Notes: a model not told the origin generated them from the sequence alone. 64,000 bases of DNA from Bdellovibrionales bacterium RIFOXYC1_FULL_37_79 (GCA_001770015.1 MEQB01000021.1:35064-99063), one strand, 5' to 3'; shown: positions 38,527-47,835, numbered from the stretch's first letter. Translations and numbers: made by a program.

Positions 38527-39122
38527 GTTCCCAGATATTCCTTTCCTATTACAAAAAATTCCTTGCTGACTGACCTGGTTGACTTAGGTCTAAATAAATG
38601 TAATGACGTAAATTTTTTCTTTATTTCATTTTTGATAAGCATTTGAGCATCATGACTATCAAAAATCTTGATCACAAAATGCCCTTTAAATTTTAAAAAA
38701 TCCGGTAAAATACCAATCACCTTCTCCACTAAAGCCAAACTCCTGTCTTGATCAACGCACTTAATCCCAGTAGTACTGGGCGCCATATCAGATAGTACCA
38801 CATCAAATTTTTCCAATCGATCGATATCTACTAGATTTTTAATCTCAAAAATATCTTTCTTGAACAACTTTACATTTTTTAGATGCTTTAACTCGATACT
38901 GACGTTTTGGATATCGATCCCGACTATCTCACCTTTTTGTTCAACTTTTTTCGCTGAATATTGCACCCATGAACCCGGGTAATAGCCAAGATCGAGTATG
39001 GAATCTGCCTTCCTGATAACCTTGAACTTGCTATCAATTTCATCCAACTTGTAAACACTTCTAGCTAAAAAATTTTCTTTTTTGGCTTTTTGATAATAAT
39101 AATCTTTAACCTTGAACGTCAT
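38523..39122 (-). CDS. rlmE: 23S rRNA (uridine-2'-O)-methyltransferase RlmE/FtsJ
   Basis: 199 aa with RSVYKLDEID, ILDLGYYPGSWVQY and VLSDMAPSTTG, the FtsJ family motifs. Confidence 0.9.
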   Translation of the reverse strand: MTFKVKDYYYQKAKKENFLARSVYKLDEIDSKFKVIRKADSILDLGYYPGSWVQYSAKKVEQKGEIVGIDIQNVSIELKHLKNVKLFKKDIFEIKNLVDIDRLEKFDVVLSDMAPSTTGIKCVDQDRSLALVEKVIGILPDFLKFKGHFVIKIFDSHDAQMLIKNEIKKKFTSLHLFRPKSTRSVSKEFFVIGKEYLGT

Positions 39123-39129
39123 GTTACCT

Positions 39130-40095
39130 CTAGCCCACCAATATCAAACGATCCTTGACATTTGCATGTTCAATTTTTTCTTTTTTCATACTCCAAATAT
39201 CAATACCAAACTTCCTTATTTTAGAAATCAAGGTAGTTTTGCTCAACCCAACTTCCTGGGCCGTAAAATTAACACGACCATCAAAACGTTTTAAAATAAA
39301 ATTAAAATATTCTCTTTCAAAGGTATCTAACGCATCCCTGTATGCCAAGGGGTATTCCTTAAAAAAATCTTTTTTTATTTTTAATGGACTAATCCAATCA
39401 GGCAGATCCCCTTCCCGGATACAATCTACTGACATGCAAACCAGAAATTCCATACAATTTTTAATTTCCCGGATATTTCCAGGCCAATTGAAATTTATAA
39501 GTTTATCCATACATTGATCATCTATAAATAAATCATGCTTAGCATATTCATCCTTATAGATATTAAAATAATAATCTATCATTTTTTTAACTAATTGTTG
39601 ATCACTACTCACGGGAGAAAGATGTATGTTAAAGACCATCAATCGATAATAGAGATCTTCCCGAAAGTTACCATTTTTAATTTCTTCCGATAAATTTTTA
39701 TTTGTGGCTGCAATTATTCTACCAGAAAATTTATTTGTTTTATTGGACCCAATTGCGGAATATTCTTTTTCTTCAAGTAAATTTAACAATTTTTTTTGAC
39801 TACTTAACCCTAATTCTCCAATCTCATCAAGAAATAAAGTTCCTTTACCTACCATCTGGCAGTATCCAATCCGTTTTTCATACGCTCCTGTAAAAGCCCC
39901 TTTCTCATGTCCAAACAATTCACTTTCAATCAGGGTTTCCTGAACAGCCGCAAGATTCAAACAAACCAAAGGTTCATTTTTTTGCTCAGAGTTTTGGTGA
40001 ATCATTTTGGCCAGATATGTTTTTCCGGTACCACTTGCGCCGGAAATTAAAATTGTTCCTTTGACTTTTGAAAACTTACTCACTATTGACTGCAT
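39130..40095 (-). CDS. sigma-54-dependent transcriptional activator, AAA+ core plus HTH only (no sensory domain)
   Basis: Walker A GASGTGKT, the GAFTGA sigma-54 contact loop (EKGAFTGA), Walker B LFLDEIGEL, and a C-terminal Fis-type HTH (FTAQEVGLSKTTLISKIRKFGI). The AAA+ core starts about 10 aa from the N-terminus. Confidence 0.88.
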   Translation of the reverse strand: MQSIVSKFSKVKGTILISGASGTGKTYLAKMIHQNSEQKNEPLVCLNLAAVQETLIESELFGHEKGAFTGAYEKRIGYCQMVGKGTLFLDEIGELGLSSQKKLLNLLEEKEYSAIGSNKTNKFSGRIIAATNKNLSEEIKNGNFREDLYYRLMVFNIHLSPVSSDQQLVKKMIDYYFNIYKDEYAKHDLFIDDQCMDKLINFNWPGNIREIKNCMEFLVCMSVDCIREGDLPDWISPLKIKKDFFKEYPLAYRDALDTFEREYFNFILKRFDGRVNFTAQEVGLSKTTLISKIRKFGIDIWSMKKEKIEHANVKDRLILVG

Positions 40096-40187
40096 TTTAA
40101 TCTCCTGTTAGAAACAGGTACCGTTTATAATGGACAAGGTGATAAACATCACCTCTCTACTTCTGGCTGAATAATTTTTTTTCGATT

Positions 40188-40829
40188 ATGAATAAAAAAA
40201 ATATACCTCTTCAAATTTTAAAAATTCTCAAAGCTACTTACCCGGATGCCAAATGCGAACTACATTTTAATAACAATTTTGAATTATTAATTGCCACGAT
40301 CTTATCGGCTCAATGTACCGACGTCATGGTCAATAAAGTCACCCCCTTATTGTTTAACAAATATCCCGATCCCGATCACCTTGCTAAAGCTTCCGCCCAA
40401 GACATTGAAAAAATAATCAAACCCACCGGCTTTTATAAGAACAAGGCCAAAAATATTTTAGCCACTTCGGTCATTTTGACCAAACAATATTCCTCCCAAA
40501 TTCCAAATGAAATGAGCGAACTTATCCAACTACCCGGGGTTGGTCGAAAAACCGCCAACGTTGTGCTTTCTAACGGTTATGGCATCAATGTAGGAATCGT
40601 GGTTGATACCCATGTTAAAAGAATCAGCACCCTTCTCAAACTCACCACCAGCAGTGATCCAACCACGATTGAAAATGATTTAATTGCCCTATTTCCAAAA
40701 AAAGACTGGGGTATTTTAAGCCATTTGCTAATTGCTCATGGCCGAAAAATTTGTATGGCGAAAAAACCTAGATGTTTTGAATGTCCATTAAATAAATATT
40801 GTTACTTTCCTAACAAAAAACAAACATAA
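40188..40829 (+). CDS. nth: endonuclease III
   Basis: 213 aa with an HhH-GPD motif (LIQLPGVGRKTANVVL) and the C-terminal Fe-S cluster loop CMAKKPRCFECPLNKYC. Confidence 0.95.
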   Translation: MNKKNIPLQILKILKATYPDAKCELHFNNNFELLIATILSAQCTDVMVNKVTPLLFNKYPDPDHLAKASAQDIEKIIKPTGFYKNKAKNILATSVILTKQYSSQIPNEMSELIQLPGVGRKTANVVLSNGYGINVGIVVDTHVKRISTLLKLTTSSDPTTIENDLIALFPKKDWGILSHLLIAHGRKICMAKKPRCFECPLNKYCYFPNKKQT

Positions 40830-40954
40830 AACCTACGGAAACCTAACCTCATTATCAAAATAAAATCACATAACCGGCAAATCATTACATTTTTGTATAG
40901 ATAGGCTTCGATAAATGACAAAAAAACTTGTATTAAAAACTTGACTCATTTTTT

Positions 40955-41137
40955 TTCTTCACAAAATATCACAAGTTATCCACATTTGTTTTCAACTTGA
41001 TAATTTGAGTTTTGATCGGTCAATTATAAGTTTTATACTTATTATATCAACTAGTTAAACTGTTTAATTACGAAAAAGTCATGAATCTATCTTAAACAAG
41101 ACTAATCCATCATGAATACAATAGTTAGTTATTCACA
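40955..41137 (+). promoter_or_regulatory. cluster of three co-oriented DnaA-box matches in a 400-bp AT-rich non-coding gap
   Basis: TTATCCACA (40976-40984) is a perfect match and TTATTCACA (41129-41137) fits TTATNCACA. TTCTTCACA (40955-40963) has 1 mismatch. The gap 40830-41230 lies between convergent gene ends. Confidence 0.35.
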
Positions 41138-41230
41138 TTGACGGACAAAACTGGTCAGTTTCCTTTGAAAAAATACTGTAAGTTTATTTAAGATTCAAAC
41201 ACATATAACAATTGTCTCTGATAAAATTAA

Positions 41231-42823
41231 CTAAAAATTAAATATTCTTAAGAAAATCTTAACCCTTCCCTCTACATGCGAATCCAAAAGACAAATAATT
41301 ATGTAAATCAGATAAATCATATTGCGTCTGGAACGAAGCCTGCTGATCGCCTGAAAAACAAGCTCCAAGGGGATCAGGCTCAACAAAACAATTGGCCACA
41401 TAATTGAAAATGACTGGATGACATAATCATCAAAAATCATTGAAAAAATCCAAATCAAAAGCAGTGACACAAAAAGTTGATAGACCTTGTCGCGCTCCAC
41501 ATGAACTTGACCTAGGAAAACCAGCTGAGGGACAAAGAGCTTGATCACTAACAGTGACAATCCAAAGATAGACAGCACATTAAAAGCTTTTCGTTCAAAC
41601 ACAGAAATCAATTCCTCATAAAAATCTATCCGCATATTGCTCATGGCTGACCATGAATCATATTGAAAAAAGAGAGTTAATAGACTAAGCACGATGCCGA
41701 GAATGGCATATTTTAGTAGCTGTCTTTTAAACCAGGAAGTTTTATCCTTAAGAAAGAAAAAATAAAGCATCGTGATTTGAACCAATAATAAAACTGCATA
41801 TGATTGATTGATCAAGGTTCCCCAATAACCAACCAATCCAAGATAGAGACCGGCTCGATAGGTTGAACTCTTTGTCACCCAAAAAAGTGTCCATACCCAT
41901 AAAATGGTATAGGTAGTGCTCAATGAGGCTCCAAAATTTATGGCCAATATTTTTGAAAAAGACCATGAAGAAATAAGAGCAAAAACCCCCAGCAGAGACA
42001 ACCTTCGGGAAACAAAGTATCGAACCGTGGCATAAAATAATAATAAGAATCCTCCCAGAGATACAAAATAAAAATGCATGCTCCAGGCCAGTTTGAATAA
42101 ATCCGGATATTTTCTAAATGGATAATAATTCACGATTAAAAAATTCCATAATTGAGTACTGAACTTTTCAAGCGGGTCAAAGTGTAACTTTAAGGCTTCA
42201 ATATTTTTCAAGGCAGGAAGCTCGGGCATGGAAACAATAAACAAAATCACCGTCATACCGACCAAAGTCTTTTCAAACGAATCAAGATATTTGTATTCAC
42301 CCAAATTAGTGGAAACTGATTCTTTGATAATTTTTCCCCGGGTAGGCCATGAATAGAAAAGACCAAGCACCACCCAAGTTATCCAAAATAAATTATAAAT
42401 CCATTTTGAAGGCAAAAAACTCAAAAGATTGAAATAAACCACCATAAAGAACATTCCTAAAAACATTCTATAAACCACGCGATCTATTGATGAATTCACC
42501 CTGAAATATATTTTTAAGCGATAATCGATTTCTTTACCGAGTAAAAACCACTGCGCAATCATAAATAAAGTATAAAAGGCCATCATTAAACATTGAATTG
42601 ATTGATGAACTGACTGGGTTTTTTGCAACCAGACCGGAACCAGTAAAAAAGAAAAATAGATTAATGCCCGGATAATAAAAAATTTTGACTTTAAAAATAA
42701 AATTCTGGTTTCTTTTATTGTATTGTTATCAATCTTGACCATATTAGTATTTACCAAAAATTTAGTAATTTCGTTAACCAACATCCAAACACTTATCTTA
42801 TCAGACTCTCCCCAAGCTTGCAC
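41231..42823 (-). CDS. large polytopic inner-membrane protein (530 aa, at least 12 predicted TM helices), function unknown
   Basis: Almost entirely hydrophobic helices separated by short loops, with no motif I can assign. The track start is GTG; the ATGs at codons 14 and 28 are alternative starts. It is divergent from fliD. Confidence 0.65.
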   Translation of the reverse strand: MQAWGESDKISVWMLVNEITKFLVNTNMVKIDNNTIKETRILFLKSKFFIIRALIYFSFLLVPVWLQKTQSVHQSIQCLMMAFYTLFMIAQWFLLGKEIDYRLKIYFRVNSSIDRVVYRMFLGMFFMVVYFNLLSFLPSKWIYNLFWITWVVLGLFYSWPTRGKIIKESVSTNLGEYKYLDSFEKTLVGMTVILFIVSMPELPALKNIEALKLHFDPLEKFSTQLWNFLIVNYYPFRKYPDLFKLAWSMHFYFVSLGGFLLLFYATVRYFVSRRLSLLGVFALISSWSFSKILAINFGASLSTTYTILWVWTLFWVTKSSTYRAGLYLGLVGYWGTLINQSYAVLLLVQITMLYFFFLKDKTSWFKRQLLKYAILGIVLSLLTLFFQYDSWSAMSNMRIDFYEELISVFERKAFNVLSIFGLSLLVIKLFVPQLVFLGQVHVERDKVYQLFVSLLLIWIFSMIFDDYVIQSFSIMWPIVLLSLIPLELVFQAISRLRSRRNMIYLIYIIICLLDSHVEGRVKIFLRIFNF

Positions 42824-43006
42824 TAAAAAGTCAATAAAACCGTCAGCGAATAAGACCAGTGAGAAATATCTTCCCTATTTTTATTCAACCAACAAGAAAT
42901 CCTGAAATATGTTAAAATTTAAGTGTCCAGGAGTACCTTTTCCTTTAGAGGTCATATGGATGTTTGCTTGAAAAAAAAAGCAAAATATTATGGAGGATTA
43001 TAACTT

Positions 43007-44395
43007 TTGAGTATTTCTTTTGGTTCCATCAATACTGGTCTTCCCAAGGATATTGTTGCTCAGTTAATGAAGGCGGAACGCATCCCGATCACTCAAATGG
43101 AAGCCCGTAAGGGAAAAATTGTAGATAAAAAAAATTTGGTGCAAGAGTTAGAAAAAAAAGTTACAGAACTGCGAGATTTAGTGGTCAATAATCAGGACAC
43201 CAAAAGTCTTCGCGAATTAAAAGTGGCCACCAACAGCGACTTTGTAAATGTGACATTGGATAAGAATATCGCCCAACCGGGAATTTATCAGTTTGAAGTG
43301 GGTCAATTGGCACAAAAATCATCTGCCATGACCAACGCTGTTGAGGATAAGGATAAAACTTATCTGGGAGTTGGCTTTATAAAATATTTTCTGCCAAATG
43401 GTGAAGCCAAAGAAATCTATATTGACTCCGCTGATTCCAATTTGACTAATATTTCCAATATGATCAATCGTGACCCCAGTCTGGGACTTACTTCCACGGT
43501 TGTTAACGATGGAAGTGGTGATGACAACGCCTGGCGACTGATTCTTAGCCTTCGAGATACCGGTGATGAAAACCTGGCTGAATTTCCTTATTTTTATTTT
43601 GTCGACGGGGAACAGGATCTGTACTTGGAACAAGAAAGACCGGCCCATGATGCAAAAGTAAAAATTGATGGATTTGAAATACAAAAAAAAGAAAACAATT
43701 TAAAAGATCTCATTCCTGGAGCAACGGTTGAGCTGAAAAAAGCCAAACCCGGAGAAGAATTTTCAATATCTATCACTGAGGACAAAGAGGCTATCACTCT
43801 TAAAGTCAAAGACATCGTTGACAAGATTAATGCTGTTTTAACTTTTATCAAAGAGCAAAACAGCATGGATGATAAAACCGACACTTCACGCACATTAGGT
43901 GGTGAAAGTCTCTTACAAACGCTGGAAGCCAGAATAAGAGGTGCATTATTTAAAACCGTAAATACCAAATCAGGGCCTAAGAGAGTTGGGGACATTGGTA
44001 TCACCTTCCAAAGAACTGGCTTACTGCAATTCGACGCCAAGGTCTTTGAATCTGCAGTAGCAAAAGATTTTCAATCAGTCGCTGATGTTTTAACTGGAGC
44101 AGTTGATAGTAATGGCATCAAATATGAGGGCTTTATTGGCACGGTTTTCCAAACGACTAATATGTCACTTCGAACACCGGATGGAGTAATCAGCTCAAGA
44201 AAAAGAACCTTTGGTGATCGAATTGAAGATATTGATCGCAGGATAGAAGACAAGGAGAGAATGCTGGCCCAAAAGGAAAAAAGTTTGAAAGATAAATTCT
44301 CTCGTCTGGAAAGCACCATGAGCCAAATACGAAATCAAGGCGCAGGAATCGCTTCTCTCGGACAGGATGTTCCCCCAGTACAACAATTGGGATAG
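43007..44395 (+). CDS. fliD: flagellar filament capping protein FliD (HAP2)
   Basis: The N-terminus MSISFGSINTGLPKDIVAQLMKAERIPI and the C-terminal heptad region (KFSRLESTMSQIRNQG) are typical of FliD. The TTG start lies 9 nt after GGAGGA, and fliS follows. Confidence 0.9.
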   Translation: MSISFGSINTGLPKDIVAQLMKAERIPITQMEARKGKIVDKKNLVQELEKKVTELRDLVVNNQDTKSLRELKVATNSDFVNVTLDKNIAQPGIYQFEVGQLAQKSSAMTNAVEDKDKTYLGVGFIKYFLPNGEAKEIYIDSADSNLTNISNMINRDPSLGLTSTVVNDGSGDDNAWRLILSLRDTGDENLAEFPYFYFVDGEQDLYLEQERPAHDAKVKIDGFEIQKKENNLKDLIPGATVELKKAKPGEEFSISITEDKEAITLKVKDIVDKINAVLTFIKEQNSMDDKTDTSRTLGGESLLQTLEARIRGALFKTVNTKSGPKRVGDIGITFQRTGLLQFDAKVFESAVAKDFQSVADVLTGAVDSNGIKYEGFIGTVFQTTNMSLRTPDGVISSRKRTFGDRIEDIDRRIEDKERMLAQKEKSLKDKFSRLESTMSQIRNQGAGIASLGQDVPPVQQLG

Positions 44396-44418
44396 ATATA
44401 TTTATTTAGGAGGATAAT

Positions 44419-44826
44419 ATGACTGTAAAACAAGGTTTCGGAGCTTATAAAAAAACTTCGATACAAACTTCAAGTAAAGAGCAAATTTTACTGATGCTTT
44501 ACCAGGCCGCAATCAAAAATTGTAAAAAAGCAATTGAGAGTATCGAACTACGGGATATCGCCAAAAAAGGTGAGTATGTGGGAAAAATGCAAGATATTAT
44601 TATTGAACTGAATAATAGTCTTGATCATAAAATTGGTGGCGATATTGCCAAAGAACTCTCCTCGCTCTATGACTACGTTCTATTTGCCAGCACTCAGGCA
44701 AATATTAAAATTGACAAAAAACCCTTGGAAAGCTGTTTGAATGTATTAACCACTCTCTATGATGGCTGGAAAGAAGCGATTAAGACTCTTAAAAATGACA
44801 AACCCCAACCAGAAGAAAAGGCATAA
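44419..44826 (+). CDS. fliS: flagellin-specific export chaperone FliS
   Basis: 135 aa with YKKTSIQTSSKEQILLMLYQAAIKNCKKAIE and a FliS-like helical bundle. It has a GGAGGA RBS and sits directly after fliD. Confidence 0.9.
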   Translation: MTVKQGFGAYKKTSIQTSSKEQILLMLYQAAIKNCKKAIESIELRDIAKKGEYVGKMQDIIIELNNSLDHKIGGDIAKELSSLYDYVLFASTQANIKIDKKPLESCLNVLTTLYDGWKEAIKTLKNDKPQPEEKA

Positions 44827-44828
44827 CC

Positions 44829-45236
44829 ATGTTTGATCGGGCCAGTTATTTAATTATGAGACATTTGGAATTTTTAAATCTTCTTTGTGAAGTAAGCCGG
44901 CTGATAATTAAATACGCCACCAAACAGGATGTGGATCGGGTTTCATTGGAATCCGCCAACCGGGATAAGATTATAAATATCCTTATTGGTTTCCATGATC
45001 AAATTAATCAACTCTTTAAAAACTCAGCAAAAGAAAATCTTAAAAGCTTGGGTCTGGATGAAATCTTAAAAACCTGGGCCTTTGAATCAGAGCAAAAAAT
45101 CGCATATATCCAAGAGTTAGATGTCAAAATATTGGAGCTTTTGAATCAAGAAAAACAAAAAACTAAAGAAGATATTCAAAATGTTTTTTTAAACCGTCAG
45201 AAGTTTGGTGGTTATAATTTGCACAATGTTAAATAA
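44829..45236 (+). CDS. small helical protein in the FliT/FlgN position (putative flagellar chaperone)
   Basis: 135 aa, predicted all-helical, starting 2 nt after the fliS stop. The assignment rests on position and size only. Confidence 0.4.
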   Translation: MFDRASYLIMRHLEFLNLLCEVSRLIIKYATKQDVDRVSLESANRDKIINILIGFHDQINQLFKNSAKENLKSLGLDEILKTWAFESEQKIAYIQELDVKILELLNQEKQKTKEDIQNVFLNRQKFGGYNLHNVK

Positions 45237-45442
45237 TAAAAGTCAGGTATTATGCTTAAATTAAATTGGTCAACTTTACATAACACAAAAGCCAATTGAC
45301 TTTAAAGTGATATCATGAGGAAATATTAACTGATGATACTAGTGAGAAGATATTAACCAAAAACCAACTGACCTTACGGATGAGGTACTGATGGTGTCTG
45401 TTAAATCCATTAACCAAAACAATAATTTAATAATAAATAATT

Positions 45443-46129
45443 ATGAAGGATAAATTCATGGGCCTTCCTATTACTGATAACTACCAAATTAAAACATCAA
45501 AAACGAATCATAAAATCCCGGTTATCAACGGAATTCATCTCCATTCAATGTATCATCCCATCCGGGAAGCCGAGAACTTTGTTGCAAATCACCTCCAGTT
45601 GCTACAGGATAAAAAAAATATTTTGGTTTTTGGCCTGGGTTTTGTTTATCACATCAACCAAATTATTATTGAACTACAAAAAATCCATAAGGAAGACTAT
45701 AAAATTGTTGTGATTGAGCCCAATTCAGAAGTGGCCAATGACTGTCTGTCTCTAAATCTGCTTATCAGTGACCAGGTAAAAATATATCACGGACTTAGTC
45801 ATGACCGGCTTTATCAAGATGAGGAATTGATCAACTTTTTGCTTGCCCAACCAGGCATTATTGCCCATCCAGCCTCATTTAATCTGTATAAAAGTTATTT
45901 TAAAAACTTTTTGCAATACAAGGCACCTCTTTCCACCGATCAAGTTCTGATGGTGCTGCGAAATGAAGAAATAAAAAAATATATTTCTGATCGTTTTATG
46001 AATGAGGAGGACCTGCCAATGGCTTTGTGGGATTATTCCCAATCCAACCATCGGATCGTCAATCAGCTTGATTATTTATTTTTTGCACTTGAAGAAATGG
46101 CCCCGCACAATGGAGATACCCGAAAATGA
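45443..46129 (+). CDS. hypothetical protein (228 aa) whose N-terminal motif recalls Maf/MptE-like (DUF115) flagellin-glycosylation proteins
   Basis: The segment KIPVINGIHLHSMYHPIREAENFV followed by ILVFGLGFVYH resembles, from memory, the N-terminal region of Maf-family proteins. This is unverified. It shares an ATGA overlap with the next gene. Confidence 0.4.
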   Translation: MKDKFMGLPITDNYQIKTSKTNHKIPVINGIHLHSMYHPIREAENFVANHLQLLQDKKNILVFGLGFVYHINQIIIELQKIHKEDYKIVVIEPNSEVANDCLSLNLLISDQVKIYHGLSHDRLYQDEELINFLLAQPGIIAHPASFNLYKSYFKNFLQYKAPLSTDQVLMVLRNEEIKKYISDRFMNEEDLPMALWDYSQSNHRIVNQLDYLFFALEEMAPHNGDTRK

Positions 46130-47796
46130 AAAACGTACTAATTATTAATTTGCGAAGACTCGGGGATATATATTCAGCTGGACATCTGATTAATTCCATC
46201 AAACAAAATTCCCCAGACACCACAATTTCCCTGCTTATTTATAAGGAATTTGAAAGTATCACAAGAAGCCTGGGAAACGTCGACCAATTCTTTTTTATTG
46301 ATAGAAAAAAAATTGCCTCCCTTAAAAAAAATCCTATTTTTTCTCCGGCACTGGCAATTGAGAAATTCTACAACGATCTCGCCGATGTTCAAAAAACTAA
46401 TTGGGACCAGATTATTAATTATTCCAACGACAAAATTGGATCTTACCTCGTATCTTATCTGACAGCAAACAATCCATCGATTAACTTTTCTGGAATAAAA
46501 TATTTAACTTCTCAAACTATGACCAGATCATCTGATTGGGCAATTATGCTCAACGATATTCTACCTTGCTACAATCATACACCAATCCATTTCATCGATT
46601 GCTATCACCAGCTTTGTGGCGTGCCATGGACACCACTTAAAAACAATCTCATCAAAACTCATCCCAAGCATGATCAGTCAGTACAAGACGTACTTGAAAA
46701 AATTAAAAAGGACGATACCGTTGCCCATAATGAGATTCAAGTTATTGGCATCCAGCTAAAATCTTCCGATACCTCCAAGGACATCCCTGCGGAAACCATT
46801 ATCGAGCTCATCGGTTTGCTACTGGATAATCCGAAGGTTTTTCCAGTCCTTTTAATTGCTCCCATAAAATCCGAACAAGATCTAGCATGTGACATCAATG
46901 CCTATTTTGATAACACCTTGGTGGTGATTGAATCTGATTTATATGCGCTGGGTTCCGTTATTAAACATCTCAATTGTGTCATTACGCCAGATACTTTTAT
47001 CAAGCACATGTGCGATTTATCAGAAACCCCTATGGTAGAAATATCCCGTGGTAAATCTCCTTTTTTAAAACAAGGCACCTATAATCTTAACAGTTTTATT
47101 TTAACTCCCACATTATCAACTCGAAAATATGATTCTACCAATTTAGAAAATGAAGGAAGAATTAAGGCCCACGATATTTATCAGGCTATGCAACTGGCCC
47201 TCAAACATATTTCCATCTCAGACACAAAACTCTCCAGTGAGGCAACTATTTATGGACCAGTCCGGGACGAACTGGGAATTTATTATATGCCGGTTGTGGG
47301 AGGTTATGATATTGAAATCGAACTCTCCAGATATGTGAGTCGCCACTACCTTAAAAAGACTTTTTTAAAAAATAATCCACTCGACCTGTCATTTTTCAAC
47401 GATGCCAAAAACTTTAGATTGCATGCGTGGCTTGACTGCGAAAAAAATGCTGTAACTGAACTCACCCGTGACTTGCTCTCAACACTAAAGCATCTTTTAT
47501 TATCTCAAAAAAATAAAACTAAAACCAAAGATTTTGTTGTTTCACTTGAACGACTCCTGGGTCATTGTGAAAACCACCATGTGGTAACCATCCCTCTTCA
47601 TTTTTTTAAAGCTCAAGTCGATTCATTGACTTCCGATTCCACGGCTCAAAACGTTCAAGTGGTTGAAGAACTCCTCTATAAACTTAAAAGTGATATCCAG
47701 CAAATTTTAGTTTGTCTTAAAGAATTTGAATCATTAATTCAAGAAACTCGTACGTCTTTAAAACCAGTTGGTGGATTAAATATACAGCAGACCTAA
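46126..47796 (+). CDS. glycosyltransferase family 9 (heptosyltransferase-like) protein with a helical C-terminal extension of about 200 aa; degenerate donor-site motif
   Basis: GT9-type N-terminus VLIINLRRLGDIYSAGHLINSIKQNSPDTTISLLIY. The second Rossmann half (IGIQLKSSDTSKDIP...VLLIAP) has PDTFIKHM where the usual DSGxxH motif would be. At 556 aa it is much longer than typical LPS heptosyltransferases (about 330-350 aa). Confidence 0.65.
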   Translation: MKNVLIINLRRLGDIYSAGHLINSIKQNSPDTTISLLIYKEFESITRSLGNVDQFFFIDRKKIASLKKNPIFSPALAIEKFYNDLADVQKTNWDQIINYSNDKIGSYLVSYLTANNPSINFSGIKYLTSQTMTRSSDWAIMLNDILPCYNHTPIHFIDCYHQLCGVPWTPLKNNLIKTHPKHDQSVQDVLEKIKKDDTVAHNEIQVIGIQLKSSDTSKDIPAETIIELIGLLLDNPKVFPVLLIAPIKSEQDLACDINAYFDNTLVVIESDLYALGSVIKHLNCVITPDTFIKHMCDLSETPMVEISRGKSPFLKQGTYNLNSFILTPTLSTRKYDSTNLENEGRIKAHDIYQAMQLALKHISISDTKLSSEATIYGPVRDELGIYYMPVVGGYDIEIELSRYVSRHYLKKTFLKNNPLDLSFFNDAKNFRLHAWLDCEKNAVTELTRDLLSTLKHLLLSQKNKTKTKDFVVSLERLLGHCENHHVVTIPLHFFKAQVDSLTSDSTAQNVQVVEELLYKLKSDIQQILVCLKEFESLIQETRTSLKPVGGLNIQQT

Positions 47797-47835
47797 GTTT
47801 ATAATTTTTGATTCTAAATAAGCCAAGGAAGGTTT

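Noticed and set aside
40136-40153. Hairpin or inverted repeat AGGTGAT-aaac-ATCACCT in the divergent region between the sigma-54 activator gene and nth
   Set aside because: It is short, has no flanking T-run, and I noticed no second copy. It could be an operator, but nothing links it to a regulator.
41012-41039. TTGATC-N16-TATACT sigma-70-like promoter inside the 400-bp gap, which could drive an sRNA or an antisense transcript into the membrane-protein gene
   Set aside because: AT-rich intergenic DNA generates such matches frequently. There is no downstream terminator or conserved structure to support an RNA gene.
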